A DNA stretch of 60,039 bases, counting the filler, from Hausera hauseri (taxonomy: Eukaryota): assembly GCA_046269625.1 (NCBI GenBank). It is 12 parts of 12 records of this genome, joined end to end, with 100 filler letters (N's around TTAATTAATTAA, not from the genome) between each part and the next. Parts side by side here need not be neighbours in the genome. Positions count along the whole stretch, not along the records: positions 12,890 to 16,874 come from JBJURY010759651.1; positions 16,975 to 21,132 come from JBJURY010729656.1; positions 21,233 to 25,941 come from JBJURY010465689.1; positions 26,042 to 30,334 come from JBJURY010652441.1; 8 more parts are not named here. The stretch is one strand, 5' to 3'. The position numbers and the translations under genes were made by a program. Positions 14,085 to 28,560 of this stretch are shown here, piece after piece. Each line of letters starts with the position of its first letter. The stretch's first letter is position 1. The notes under the pieces were generated by a model. It was given only the letters and a program-made list of their open reading frames with translations, did no database searches and was not told where the DNA came from.

Positions 14085-14974
14085 GATTTTCGGTAGTATT
14101 TGAAGTTTTGTTCGTAGAATTTACCGCGTATTTCCTCACAGTTTTCATCCTCTAAAACGTACATTACAGGTGTTTGTTTTGTGTTGATTGCCGAAATGCG
14201 AAAAACCTCGTCGCTCCAGTTCTGATTGAAATTCTTAATGAATGGCGTCGTACTTATTTTCGAAATACGTACATAAGCACCAATTTTATATTTTGGGCAT
14301 TTAATTGATCGTTGTCGGTTTTAATAGAGCAACATTTCCAAATCATCAATTACGTCAACCGGCCGTAATCCAGTGATGCCATGATGTGTCGAATGATTGT
14401 ATGCATGAATAATATCCGGCAGTACATCTACCCAACATTTGTTGCTTGCTTCGTAAAGAATTTGTTTAGGCGACCGCGCAATATTTTATTAAATCGTTCA
14501 ATGAGTGAAGCCTTGTATTGGGAAAACACCGAGTAGTGGTTTACGCCAAACCGTTTCAAGACCACTGCAACGTGGGCGTTGTAGAATTCCTTACCCAAAT
14601 CCGTTTGTAGATGCTTCGGTTGTTGTTGTTGTCTGGACAACGTCGGCAATCTCTTTGCCGGATTTAGATTTCACAGCAATTGCACGTGCAAAACCACTAA
14701 ACACATCAACACATATTAGCACGTACCGATACCCATCGTTAATGCTGGCGTAAGAAATCACTGCCATCAGATCCATTTGCCACACATTATTTACACCGGC
14801 AGCACGATATGCACAAGTTGAAAACCGCCTTTTTACCGGTTTGTATAGGCTGTATGCTAACTGTTTTCCGAGCCAACGTTGGGTCTGTTGTCGAGTCTGT
14901 TTGACAGTCTTTGCCAGATTGTCGACGCCAGCATAGCCGACGGGGTTACGCGAGTTGAACCACACATCGCCCAT
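14085..14974 (-). pseudogene. Maverick/Polinton retroviral-like (rve) integrase, frameshifted
   Basis: WQMDL, YRYVLICVDVFSGFA, PKHLQTDLGKEFYN, KASLIERFN (DDE), then KYKIGAYVRISK..NWSDEVF..YVLED..EEIRGKFYE. Confidence 0.92.
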
Positions 14975-15118
14975 TGTTGCCGTCGATGTTGTCGGTTTTG
15001 CTTGCGTTACAATAATTAAAACAAAATGTAAATGAAAGTTTTGGTAAACTGGAACAGAAAAATAAAAACCATGCACCCATATCGCCGAATAATCATGTGC
15101 TTATCGTCATTGTTTATA

Positions 15119-15450
15119 CTAAGCTGTTCCGCCAATGAGCCCACGCAGTAATGACGTGACAATCGGTAGAATTGCACCAAGGAATCCGCCACCTTGCTGG
15201 TGCATAACCTCTCGTTTCAGTCGTTTACTACGGGCGTTCGCAAGGCCAATAAGTCGTTTTCGATACTTTAGTAAATTCTGCTTTGCACTACCAATGTCAA
15301 CGTGATCCACAACGATATTGTATAAAATTTCCATCAAATCGTCTACTACAAACTGTGGGAATGATCGCAGCATGCTTCGCTTATGTCTCGTAGGCGCCTT
15401 GATCAAAGCAATAAAATACGGCTGACTACGTTTAAATCTCCTGCTTTTTT
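15119..15450 (-). CDS. Small basic Maverick/adintovirus core-type protein with C-terminal GG + amphipathic helix (PM/cupiennin-like)
   Basis: ..EILYNIV..KRLKREVMHQQGGGFLGAILPIVTSLL; positioned between ATPase and integrase as in Mavericks; start uncertain. Confidence 0.65.
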
Positions 15451-15689
15451 GTGGATGTATTGATGTTGATGAGACATAGTTGTTTATAACCGTTAATCAC
15501 CGCATCGTAATTTACGTCTGGCTGCTGATGTTGTTGTTCGACGAAGCACAGAATTGATTAATCACTTGACTGTAACGGTGGTTCGTTTTGATACACGTTT
15601 TTTGCCACCGGACACCCGATTGATAGTATGTTTACATTTAACAATTGTTTTTTTGGAAATTCTTCATTTTTTTTATCATAATCATGTCG

Positions 15690-16335
15690 TCAATTTTCGA
15701 ATTTGTTTATAGACACATACACCACCTTTCTGATTGAAAATGTCTGTTTGTACACGCATGTCGTCGAAACATTGTTGCGTAAAGTCGATGAACAAATATC
15801 CGTGTGTTTCGATCGTAGCATCATATATGCATGTATCAAGTAGGCTCGATTGTGAGGAAATGCTTGTCGTGCAACATAATCAATGATAGTTTGATCACGG
15901 GGATTTTTGAACAACACCAAATAGTGTACGTTTAGATTTCTTGTTAGATGCTATCCACCCTGATGAAACATGTTTTACGTAATGAAAATAACCGTCACAC
16001 CACTGCGCTGTGCAATCTTCGTGAACAGGTTGTTGAAGTCCGATTGTATCGCGACTTCCTGAAATAAATCGTCAATAAAGAATAACATCACCATTGCGTA
16101 ACCTCTCTGACCAGTTCTCATCAAAACCATCAATTCCCGTTATGGATTTCAGTTTACAAAATTCCCCATGTGTCAAACCAGGCTCACCATCATCATCAAC
16201 ACTTTGCTGCCAATAAATGTGATTGTACCGCGGTGAATGGAACATGTCACGGTAGTTCTGCAATAGTTTACTCACAGAGAGTGTTTTGCCACTTCCACTA
16301 AGGCCTACAATCTGAAAAATTGCGTCATTTTGCAG
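15690..16335 (-). pseudogene. Maverick A32/FtsK-like packaging ATPase, frameshifted
   Basis: Walker A IVGLSGSGKT near 16290-16310; frameshifted Walker B (VILxDDL); VTVIFIT*NMF; NVHYLVLFKNPRD; ARQAFP; HGYLFIDF. Confidence 0.9.
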
Positions 16336-16447
16336 CTGAATCTAATAATAATAGTAATAATACAACCTTTCCTCACAATCACATGATTTGTTTATAATCA
16401 TGTTACACACGCATATAAATAGCTATAGTATAAAAACTATTTCTATA

Positions 16448-16874
16448 ATGTTAGATTATATCAACTATCGCGGACATGTTGCCGACTGGTATGACATTAA
16501 AACACTACATTTTAATCAATGGAAGCCGAGGCAGTGTGTCCTCAAGTGTCCACCGGATTTTATATGCATTATATTTCAATCGGGAAGGTGTCGTATTATG
16601 GGTTGTCGCAAAAATTCACAGCTGATAGCCTACTACCATTTGGAATTTTCATTGACCAAATCCAATCAATGACGTTAACGACTCAGTTAGACTACCACCA
16701 AATAATCAATATGTACAAATTAGCAATAACCATTGCTGAATGTACGTATGAACCCGAACTGTTTCCTGCACTGAGATTAACATCGTTTCGCCTACATTGT
16801 GTCAATGTGTTTAGCAGTGGAAAAATTGTTGTACTCGGTATTCGGACAGTAGACTATGAACCGATTATTAATCA
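16448..16874 (+). pseudogene. TATA-binding-protein (TBP)-like gene, one frameshift, truncated at contig end
   Basis: Repeat 1: ICIIFQSGRCRIMGCR. Repeat 2: QSMT..INMYKLA..YEPELFPALR..CVNVFSSGKIVVLGIR, matching the TBP core YEPELFPGL..LIFxSGKxVxTG. Confidence 0.85.
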
Positions 16875-16974
16875 NNNNNNNNNNNNNNNNNNNNNNNNNN
16901 NNNNNNNNNNNNNNNNNNTTAATTAATTAANNNNNNNNNNNNNNNNNNNNNNNNNNNNNNNNNNNNNNNNNNNN

Positions 16975-19900
16975 ACTTGCTCAGGTCCAATACCACTTGT
17001 CCGATGTAGCTTGGCCGGTCCAGTACGACTTCTTCTTTGTTTAGAAGCACGGCGACCAATCCATCGGCAATGTGCATTGACCGCCTGAAATGAGCCTCGT
17101 TGGTGTTTGTAACCAGTCGTTTTTCGTTGTTGCACAGGCGCACATTGAGCCGCTTCTTTAGATTTTCCACTGTTTTCCTGTATAATGAATTGTTTCTGAG
17201 CTTGTAATAGTCCTTTTCGAACTTTGTACAATCTGCGGCTCTTTGCCCGGAATTTACGTCAATATACTCCTTGAATATCGGCGCCTGATTGATGCGGATT
17301 GCACGATGAATCTATGTGACGCGTACACCGAGCTGCATGTAAAACTGTAGTACACACCAATGAACCATGTAATTCGATTTGGGTTCATGTGTTATGAGCA
17401 GCTTCTTTACTTTTGAGCCGCCGGGTGGACATTGGCTGATTGCCGCCACGGGTAATTCGTCCAGAGCGTCATGCAGCTTATACGACACCACGAGACCAAC
17501 TTCAATTAGGTAGCCGACTGTTCTGCTTTCTGTCGTGTTTGCTGCTGCTGCTGCTGGCAGACTGTCCAAAAATGCATCCAGTTTTTGTTTGTCCATTATC
17601 CATTTAAATTAACTGTACGTCAAGGGTTGCGAAAGCGCCCAGCCGTACAAGTTATTAATATCGATGTACAACATTGATGTTGTATCATCATCGTCATCAT
17701 TGGTTACGTGATGCATGTTGACAAAAGTCATACCGCCACGAATACCGACGTCGAATAGTCGGTACATTTCCGGGTCTTGTAGCAGGTCAATATCCATATT
17801 CATTGACATTAGTGCCGATGCCCAACTCATTCCCGGTATTGAATAAAAGTTGAGCGGTTCCAACCTATCTTCCTCCAACGCTTTAGCCCGAAATGTCTGA
17901 AACACATCGGCTAATAGGTACACATCGCGCTTTAGGTACTGAAGCATGTAGTCCAATATGTTTCTACAACCGAACTCTGTCCAAGATTCCTGTACTCTGT
18001 GATATTCATCTTCTGTGATACCTGTCCATCGCGGCGGTAATTCCTCTGTTGTCCGGAGTCGCTGATATGACACGGCAAAGTTATAGGGGAATATACCTTT
18101 GCTGCGTGCCATATGTGTGCAGAACTGCGTCAATGTTATCGGCACATCCAGCAAGGCATTTACCAGCTTCTCCAGCGATTCATTGAGAAATTGCAATGAA
18201 TCGATGAAGCGCACCTGGAAAAATTTTATGAGTGCCAATAGGGACAGGGATTATGGATAACTCCTAGTGCGGAAATCCATTTATGGCCAATTTTAGAATA
18301 TGGTGACAGTCATAACCCCTGAAGTTATGAAATAACACAAGCAGGAATGGCCGTACCCGTCTTGCCAAATTGCATGCGTTGTATGCTGCTCCCAAGTATT
18401 GAACAATGAAATAATCGTGATCCGGTACGAGCCATTCCATTACGTCAAACGGTAATATTTTGTGGCACAGGTAACATTCATCTGTCACAGCGAACATCAG
18501 CGGTTCATATTCATCTGTCCAAATACATGGTTTGGTGGAATTATTGCGACACCACGGCTCTATTTCCGTTTCCACTATCGTTTCTAAACGCTGCAGGAAA
18601 TCACGTACATAGTTCCAGCCTTGAAAGGCGTAATACTGCGGCTGACCGACCGCTTTAATTAAGGCATCCAACATACCAACGGCAATTGGAACGTGTTTTT
18701 GATCATACTCGTTGTGCCGTGGTAGAATTGCCTCAATATCGGCATACACCACATATGCCGGACTGTCCGTTTTCGACCAATCACTGAATTGAAGCTCCTT
18801 TTTCAGTGGCATAACGTACATGGCTGTTTCCGTGGAATTCTGCTTGCACAGCGCCACATGTCTCCCCCTTGTTGTTTTTGACTTGAAACTGTGCAGACAT
18901 ACAGGACACCATTTACATTGTATACTCTTTTGGACAAACTGATGGTGATCCATTTTCAACAGTCGGTCCAAACTGGTTACTGCCATCTAATAGAACTTTT
19001 CTGTTTGTTCCAGCAGTAACAAATATATTGGGCATCCACTTGCGTTCCGACTTCGATATATTATGTTCCCATGGTGGTTCTTATATATCTCTTCGTTTGT
19101 CGGTATTTCTACGATTGTATTGAACCGCAACACATTTATTGCCAATGTTGGATTACGCCGTTCCAAAGGCGGAATGGCTTTTAGTTTTATCGGCATCCAG
19201 CATTCATCGAAATCCAGTTCGGAAAAGTACTGCCGATACTGATTTGGACGATTTGTAGTATGTTTGTCCACTTGGTCACATTTTATTATCGCCAGAATAC
19301 TGTAAATAAAACAGCATTTTTTATATTCACTATTGCATGTGAATGCTGCAGGGCTGTAGGCGACGGTATGAATGATCGCCCGGACAGGTAAATTATGTCA
19401 CTCGACTTTGTTACGATAAAGCCGAGAGTAACTATTTTTATAATTCACCAGCCACTACCTTTTTCCGTGTATTTGGCGATTTTCTCCTTGAGCTTTTCGC
19501 CTACATCAGCAATAAAATTGTAGGAATACGGTTCGGCTCGATGTCACAGATACCACTGTTTACTGTCACCTTGCACGTTTTCATATTCTGCAAGTACATA
19601 ATATTGCACTTTTCAGTAGTGTTGATGTTGTTTGATTTTCTCCACTTCGGATTCCAACTGGTTGCGAACATTATGAGGAACATGTCTCAATTGCGTTGTT
19701 GTTGTCGCCGATATGATCGCTTTTATGTCCACGTACGATATGTTTAGGTCGTACTTGACAGTAATGGGCGGTTCCTGCTGCTGTTGCTGCTGATGCCCTG
19801 TATTGCTGCTTTGCAGGTATTCGTCAAAACTTGTTGATGCTTGACATTTCCTGCTTGTTGAGAGAATACTGCTGTTCTTTTCTGCCTCCATTAATATATT

Positions 19901-20296
19901 CTTTTTGGACCTCTGAAACTGGTTCAAGTGGTCCTGGTGCTCATTGTCAAATTGTTCATAGTTGATTTTATCATCAACTATAGAACAACCGGGACAAATA
20001 TAGGTCCGTTTACAGTGCACCGTTGTGGCGCCATAGTATTGTTCCATTGCACTATGGCAACCATCAACGTCGTGCACTGTACTTGAACAGCATCGTAGGT
20101 ACATGTGGTAATGCACTAGCATCATCTTCTTCGACCGTGTTGTAAACGGTTCGAGATGATGCTTGTGTATTTCATAAAAGTCGACGTATGGGCATTGCGT
20201 TGAAATACTGCATGTTGGACAAACATACGTGTCCCTATCTACTTTGTAATATTTCGCCATCTGTTGATGACGCAATACATAGAATATTGCTTGCAT
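16975..20296 (-). pseudogene. Second, divergent Maverick/Polinton pPolB, disrupted
   Basis: VVYADIEA (Exo I), CYLC..DHDY..YLGAAYNACNL, FHNFRGYD, FIDSLQFLNESLEKLV, KGIFPY, YLKRDVYLLADVFQTFR, GIRGG, YIDINNLYGWALSQPL, YKLRNNSLYRKTVENLKKR, LDRPSYIGQVVLDLSK. Confidence 0.93.
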
Positions 20297-20526
20297 TTTT
20301 CAATGGGAAACAAATCAAAGTAAATGTTAAACGTCATACAAATAAATATGTATAAACTCATTTATAATTTAAATTAAAATTCACTTAATTCGACGCTCCT
20401 TATACCGCTCCTTCTATAATGGTGGTGGTGGTTGTTGTTGTTTTTGTGGTAATGGTGGTGATCTGAGGGGTTAACTTACTCAGCTATAAACATTTACCAT
20501 TTTAGCACTTAATTTGTATAAATCAA

Positions 20527-20778
20527 ATGGAACAATATATTGAAAGTGAAATTCACAGATTGACCGATGGCATTTTGACCGGACATGTGTTTGATGTACA
20601 GTTTTTATGTGAGCTGACAGAAATGAGAATAATGAGCAGGCGAGAGTATATTGAATTCATAGTCAGATCTCTCTTTGCAAAATGTATCGAGGATGAAATG
20701 AGACAAAAACGACAACAACAACAACAACGACGACGATGNNNNNNNNNNGTAATGAAAAAGTTGATGGACCGTATATAA
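20527..20778 (+). CDS. Hypothetical small ORF divergent from polB (spans a 10-N scaffold gap at 20739-20748)
   Basis: ATG about 40 nt after a TATAAA; no family recognised. Confidence 0.3.
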   Translation: MEQYIESEIHRLTDGILTGHVFDVQFLCELTEMRIMSRREYIEFIVRSLFAKCIEDEMRQKRQQQQQRRRXXXXVMKKLMDRI

Positions 20779-23596
20779 TCACATATATTATAATTCTATG
20801 TTTGTTTTTATGAATCAATATAATTTATTTGCTACATTTCAATATAAATACATGGGCTTTGTTACGGTATGACATTGCGACATGTCTTATTTAACAGAAA
20901 TCATTCGTTTATATTACTCGTTCGACGGTCTCCGGAGTCACCTTTACAATCTTGATCGATCTTTACATGATGCACGATGCTGTTCGCCCGAAGAGATACT
21001 TCTACTTGCTTAGGAGAATTGGAGGGCACGAAAACCCTACTTACGCCATACAGAGCAGGTTGTTGGCGATATGGAATTTTTATTCCGTAAGATTTTTTGC
21101 ACATTTGGAAAAATGACGACGTTGGACGATAANNNNNNNNNNNNNNNNNNNNNNNNNNNNNNNNNNNNNNNNNNNNTTAATTAATTAANNNNNNNNNNNN
21201 NNNNNNNNNNNNNNNNNNNNNNNNNNNNNNNNTTGCCCATACAAATTAGGGCCTTACTTACTGTCGTCGAAGAATCGACAACACTTGATAAATTGGCCGA
21301 ACTGGCGGACAAAACATACGAGGTTTTGAATGTACAACATCACTGATCCGCTAACCGAGGCTCATAACCTACTTTGCCTTTTTCCAACAACTGTAAATAC
21401 GTCCATTCATGATTTGCTAGACATCTTCCCGCAACCAGATCCATACATCCATCTTTACAATGCTGTTTTAAAGCTTACTGAAACAGTCATTTCTGCAGCC
21501 GTTACTACCAACAATGTTACATTCGAACAGCAGTCAAATCAACTACGAGCCGAAAATGCGGCCCTACAAACAACAATAAATAATATCAACAATAAACTGA
21601 ACGATATTTCATTGACTCGACGAGAGGGTTTAATACGTGACCGTAATCTTTCAATATCTCGCGGTCGTTCACCTTCACCTGGACGATGACTGAATTGCTA
21701 TTACCACAGTAAGTTTGATAGTAACGCACAAAAATGCCATTTAGGATGCAAATTTTATGATTCGAGATACCATACAGACAACACCATTTGCATGTACCAT
21801 GCAAAATTCCGACATAACGCACACAGGTGCATTCCCGGTTGTACTTTCAAAAACAAAACTTATCATGCAAATGACAAACGCACAAATTCCCCTTCTAACA
21901 GCCGCTCTGTTTCTCATTTTTCAAAAAACCAATTCCGCCGCCAGTACTCACGGCAGAGTCTGACAAAGGCAACTTTTCTAATACTACCTGCCGACACTCT
22001 TCTTTTGCAGTCTTTACACTAAAGGCTTCGATAACCACACCAACAACTCAATCCATAGATTTCCTTATCGACACAGGCTCTGCGGTTTCTCTGCTACCAC
22101 TCACTTTTCCTGTACAAAATTTACCATTCAAAGCCAAATCATTATTTAAGGCTTTAGGCGAACCGCTAGACATTTCGGGTACATCTAAATTGTCGTTTAC
22201 CTTACCAAACTTCCAGTCCACATTTCATTGGACGTTTACCGTCGCTAAGGTCCGCACAGCAATCCTAGGTTCGGATTTCTTATCACACTAAAATCTTTTA
22301 GTTGATTGCAACAAGCATTTTGCATTTTGTAAATTTTTTAATAATAATATTGATATTCAATCGAGATTTGGTTCTGATAATTACGATTGTGTTGGTTCAG
22401 TACATTCGCTAGTGAAAATTACTTCTTCGAACACTATTTTTAATACCACTATCCTACACCAAATTTTTCTTGGTTTCAATAACTCGCAAGCATCATTCGT
22501 CACAGCACACATCGACTCAACACCACAACCAACACACAATCTCTTGCAATTATCTGAAAGTCTTCGGCAATACATACACAATTCTTGCCCCCGCTTAATT
22601 CAGAAAGATCGAACCTTCACACCTACAAACAGCACGTTTCACCACATTATAACGCAACACCAAAAATTTATTCGTCAGAAGGTACGTCATGTGTCACCTC
22701 GTCGTAGGCAATCTGTCGAAGCGGGATTTCTAGACCTTGAACGCTCCGGAATTGTACGCAGATCTAAATCGCCGTGGTCTTCGCCTTTACACGTTGTCCA
22801 AAAAAGGATGGATCTTTCAGACAGTGCGGCGATTACCGTCAGCTGAACACTTTAACTGTTATGGACGCATATCCTTTATCCTAATTAAGAATATCCTGCA
22901 TCGGCTTAATTACACTACAGTATATTCAACCATAGATTTAGCCAAGGCATATTATCAAATCCCTGTAGCACCCGAGGACATCGAGAAAACTGCCGTTACG
23001 ACACCTTTCGGCCTATAAGAATACATTTATATGCCTTTTGGTTTACGCAACGCTGCGCAGACTTTCCAGCATCACATCGATTCCATCCTCTCGTATTTCA
23101 CTTTCGCGCACCCATATATCGACAGTATCTTGATTGCTTCATCTTCAACCAAACAGCATGAGGAACACCTTCGTTCCGTTTTCGAACGACTTAACCACCA
23201 TAATTTACAAATTAATTTTACAAAATGTCACTTCTTTCAAAAGAGTATTAACTTTCTCTGACACATCATTTCATCAAATGGTCATTCTCCTCAGCCAGAA
23301 CGTGTTGAAGCTCTCAAAAGTATCCAACTACTTCGAACAACATCAGAAATGAGGAGATTTTTGGGAACTTTGCACTTCGCTCACAAGTATGTGCCGTACC
23401 GCTCTGAACTTACCGCACCATTTGCCCACCTAAGCAGCGGCAGAAAAATCATCAGCCAATCCAGTGGACACCTGATCTGGTCGATAAGTTTGACAAGTTT
23501 CGTGAAGGAATTAAGACCGTCGACATTCTCACTTTCCCTAAGCCTGACGCGGAACTCATTCTTACTACAGACGCTTCAACCACTGCGGTAGGTGCT

Positions 23597-24874
23597 GTGC
23601 TTCATCAAATATACAAGGGAGAAAATCAGCCACTAGAATTTTTCTCTCGTAAGCTGACATCCCCTGAAACTCGATATTTAACGTTCGATCGAGAATTATT
23701 GGCCATTGTACTCGCTTTGAAGCATTTCGCTCACCTACTGGTCGCTCGCCGTTTTACCATACAGACCGATCACAAGCCCTTGCTATACATCATGGCTATG
23801 AAACATCCTTCCTCACGCCAAGAACGACAAATATTATATCTGTCGACATTCACCTTTGACATAAAGCACATTAACGGCGTCAATAATTTGGTTGCCGATT
23901 TCCTATCCAGGACGGTTAATTCCATTAATTTTTCACCAATCTTATCTCGAGTACAACTTCAACAGAACCAGCCACCTCAGGACGTGCTTAATTCTTTTAA
24001 GTCTTACACATTTGTTGACGGCGCGACTTTAGACACTTCCAAAGCAGGTCATTCCGTAATAATTCTCGCACCACCTTTACAACGGCAAGCGTTTAACATT
24101 GTACATTCACTACACCATCCTGGTGCTAAGGCAACTTTCCACTTACTCCACCGGCAAGTAATATGGCCCACTATGCGTTCTGATGTGCAAGCGTGGGTTA
24201 AGGAGTGCGTGGCTTGCCAGAAATTTAAAATCACCAAACATTTGAAGCCACCACTATACCATTTCCCTTGCACATCACGTTTCGAGTCTGTTCATATTTA
24301 CATCGTTGGCCCTCTTTTTCTTGACAATGGCCATCAGTTCATTTTGACCATGTTGGATCGTTCATCACGTTGGCCAGAAGCCGTTCCACTACGGGGCACA
24401 AATACGGACACGATAGCCGACATCTTCATGCGCACGTGGATCAGCAGATTTGGATCCCTTAGATTCATTATTACAGATCAGGGTACTCAGTTTGAGTCCA
24501 ATTTGTTTAAATCTCTCGTTAACCAACTAGGAATTAGCCATATCCACACATCACCGTATCATCCTCAATCGAATGGCTTTCTAGAGAGATTTCACAGAAC
24601 ACTAAAAACGTCATTGAGAATCCTCGCAGAATCCAATGGCAGTTGGACTACTCTACTTCCACTAGTTCTTCTGGGTTGGTGTAACACCCCTTCTACTTCT
24701 ACAGGTTGTTCACATACAGAAGCCCTTTTTGAAACATTTGTACGTTCACTGTTTGAGTTAACGGCCTTAGAAGATACGCCGACAGACGAAGCTATTCGAT
24801 CGGCACAAGACCATTTTATTTCCGTCAGCAAAGATTCCTTCTGTAAGATCTTGAATAACAATAGAACATACTAA
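23597..24874 (+). pseudogene. Gypsy RNase H-integrase portion of pol
   Basis: ORF 23597..24874 carries RNase H, HHCC and rve motifs; the first catalytic Asp is mutated (HIYIVGP). Confidence 0.92.
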
Positions 24875-25577
24875 CAGGAGGATCTTTATTCTGCAAAATT
24901 TGTCTGGTTGAGAAACCAAATGCCATGCGGTTTTCAACCACGGTATTATGAACCTTACAAACTCGTGCAATTGCATTCCCATAATGCCATTATTTTTAAA
25001 GACGGCAAGGAGTTAGCAGTACACATCAACAATGTAAAACCGGCCTTTTACGTCGATGATGCACCTCAAACTGAACCTTCTACGTCTTCTCTGACGCCAC
25101 CGCCTTTTCCAATTTCTATTTCTCCAAACCCTACACCTACCCCGCTACTAGAACCTACTCCGCAAATTCCTTACATTAATCTTACCACTTTTCTCCAAGT
25201 TTTTCCTACATTTTCCCTTCCAGCCCATTCCTTGCCTCTGAACAATATACCAACTTTAACTACGACATCCGACATAGTTTTATATCTCCACCAACTTGTC
25301 AACCAGATTCAATGACACTAAAAAATTCAAATCGGTCACCTTCACTATCTACGGTAGAGTTCTAAATACTAAAGGTATACAACGCCTTGTACATACGAAG
25401 ACCACATAGTTAGCTGACATTATTTCGTTTCGGGTTCGTTTCGTATTTCCTTTCACCTTTGCAGTTCATTAATCGACACTAATTCATCTAATGAAAGACC
25501 ACATAGTTGTTCCAGACTGTTCCGTTTCTGTGTTCATTTAGTATTTCCTCTTATCTGTATAGTTCACAACTTCCCAC

Positions 25578-25757
25578 GGAGGGGGGGTAATGTTGTGCCC
25601 AACAAGTGTCGTGCTTCCTTATTTATTTTATTTTCTGTTATCTGTAAATACAATGTTATCGTTTCCTTTTCCACTGTTATTTGTTTTGCAATTGCCGACG
25701 AATTGATGCGTGTTGGTTCTATCTCACCGTGCCGGAATACTTCATTAGAACTACAAC
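25578..25757 (+). repeat. Polypurine tract and short putative 3' LTR
   Basis: GGAGGGGGGGTAA immediately followed by TGTTGTG at 25591; LTR end approximate. Confidence 0.7.
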
Positions 25758-26180
25758 AACCCAACCAATCAATAGGTACAGTTCGTCCAAAGATATGCAA
25801 TTAACCAATTATCCCAATGCTTGGACTCATCAATGCTCCCGTCAATTGGCATTCAAAACAGCAGGAGAATGTTACTTCAATTGGAAAATTCTATGGTCTT
25901 ATAGAAACTATTTTAAAACTATCCCCAGTAAAAAATTAGAANNNNNNNNNNNNNNNNNNNNNNNNNNNNNNNNNNNNNNNNNNNNTTAATTAATTAANNN
26001 NNNNNNNNNNNNNNNNNNNNNNNNNNNNNNNNNNNNNNNNNAGGCTCGTGTTTCGATTTTTACTTTTTGGGATTTTGTTTATTGGGGAAATGATTGTTTC
26101 TCTCAAAGGTTTAAAATTAAAAAAGGTCAATTTGGAATTCTGATTGATTTTTTGATTTTTTGATTCAGATTTTTGAGTAA

Positions 26181-26789
26181 TTAAGAGATCCTAACAGTTG
26201 CATGCTTTAGTGACGGCATCGGTAACGTTATTGGCTTGTAGCCACAGTTGGTGGAATTGCAACCACGTTTTGCTGGAGCCTTGGTTGTCAATGAAGAATT
26301 CAGTGCAGTGAAGGAAAGGAGCGGAGGAGGTAGTAAGTGAAGGGTTACTAGTGGAAGCAGGAGTGGGGTTTTGAAGAAGTATGAAAGATTTTGGTTTCGT
26401 GGTGGTTTCATTCGTGGTGTCTATGGTGGGCGATGAATTCATGCCACCACGGATGCGGAAGTGTATATGGAGGTGGATATAAGTTGAAGAAGGTTGCACA
26501 GTCCCAACGAGAGGTACCATGCAGCAGTGATGTGTGATGTAAAAGTCAGGTGAGCGAAGAAAGTGGAGATGATATTGTAGATAGCCGCAGTGTTTAAGTG
26601 TGTTAATTCATTTGTGCAAATATGTTTATTATTTAAAAAAAGAAGAGGAAATACGGAGAGGTCGTGTAGCCGGGGACGTGTCGTGGGGCGTCAGCGAACG
26701 GTGCCGTCTGACCCAATGGCATAGGGTTGGCGGCTGGGACTTCAGCCTCGCTGCGGCGGATCGCAACTGGGGTAGCCGAGTTCCTTGTA

Positions 26790-26790
<1 letters not shown>
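26181..26790 (-). mobile_element. 5' fragment of Gypsy element (GC-rich leader, Ubl-like leader, gag N-terminus), same family as 36500-41900
   Basis: HFRIRGGMNSSPTI..CTEFFIDNQGSSKTWLQFH is near-identical to ORF 40979..41569; leader GCTGAAGTCCC..CAACCCT..GACGGC is shared with 41800-41890. Confidence 0.85.
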
Positions 26791-27665
<875 letters not shown>

Positions 27666-27689
27666 CTCGACACTTTACTGGGCTCAGTA

Positions 27690-28560
27690 GAATTGATACC
27701 GCTTTTCTTCAAAGTACTCAGAAGTGGGATTAGCTTTCTTGACTTGCATACTCGCATAAATTTATGTGATACAGTAGGAATCAAATGATGCATATTTTCG
27801 CTTTTAACAATGAAAAGTGTATCCATAGGAACAATATCACCATCTGCTTCGGTGACCTGTTCGGGAATCATTGCATTGCACATATTTAACTGTCTGACAA
27901 TCGGTTCCTTACTAACTGGACGAGATGTCTGTATAGATGTTTTAGATCAAATGTCTGATACAACACCCCTAAATGATTCATCCCACAGCATATCAGCCTT
28001 GTTGAATACAACACTTTGCAAGCTCATCAATTTTATATCACCTAATGGTGTGACTTTTAATACAACAGACGAAGACGATACTATAAGATCAGATGGAACA
28101 TGATCTTTCGGGCTATTTAATACAACGCTGTTCAAATTCAAACTACTGCCGAAACTATTTACGACATTATTCGGTTGGTTGTAAAGATTTCACGTTGGCG
28201 CAATAACAGTAGGCTTTGGAGTAATTTCGTTCGTGGGTAAAGACGACTCGTTACGCATTTTATTCATCAGCGGTAAAGTAAATGCTAATATTTTGTCGCC
28301 ACCTGTTTCACCGCTGATAACCGTGTTCTATCCGTGCAAAATGACAGGAATACTTAAGATCTGAATATTCACAGGTTTAGCATACCTATTGGTAGTAAGT
28401 GCCTTTCCCACTTTCATTGACAGCTCCAAATAAGAAAACCTTTTTTTTTCGGTTGCCACGCTGATGATTTATTTGTTGTGTTAATAGCGAAATGTCACCG
28501 TCGGACTCAACAGCCAAGCAGAATGGTGTGTTGTTATGTGCGAAAACGGTGTAAGGTTCC
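27690..28560 (-). pseudogene. DEAD-box RNA helicase pseudogene fragment (DDX28-like)
   Basis: Q motif FSYLEL..KPVNIQILSIPVILHG; degenerate Walker A SGETGGDKILAFTLP; motif Ia VIAPT; degenerate motif II VVFNKADMLWDESF; stops and frameshifts. Confidence 0.8.

Larger units (their letters stand above)
21233..25757 (+). mobile_element. Ty3/Gypsy LTR retrotransposon, degenerate (gag-PR-RT-RH-IN-PPT-3'LTR)
   Basis: Protease FLIDTGS near 22060; RT SPWSSPLH, DYRQLN, IDLAKAYYQIP, MPFGLRNAAQTFQ, YIDSIL; RNase H TDAS, FDRELLA, TDHKPL; IN HxxxHPG..CxxCQ, TDQG, PYHPQSNG.LERFHRTLK. Order PR-RT-RH-IN. Confidence 0.96.

Noticed and set aside
12890-21132. Contigs 4 and 5 as one continuous Polinton
   Set aside because: Separated by an artificial spacer; they may belong to one family but linkage is not shown.
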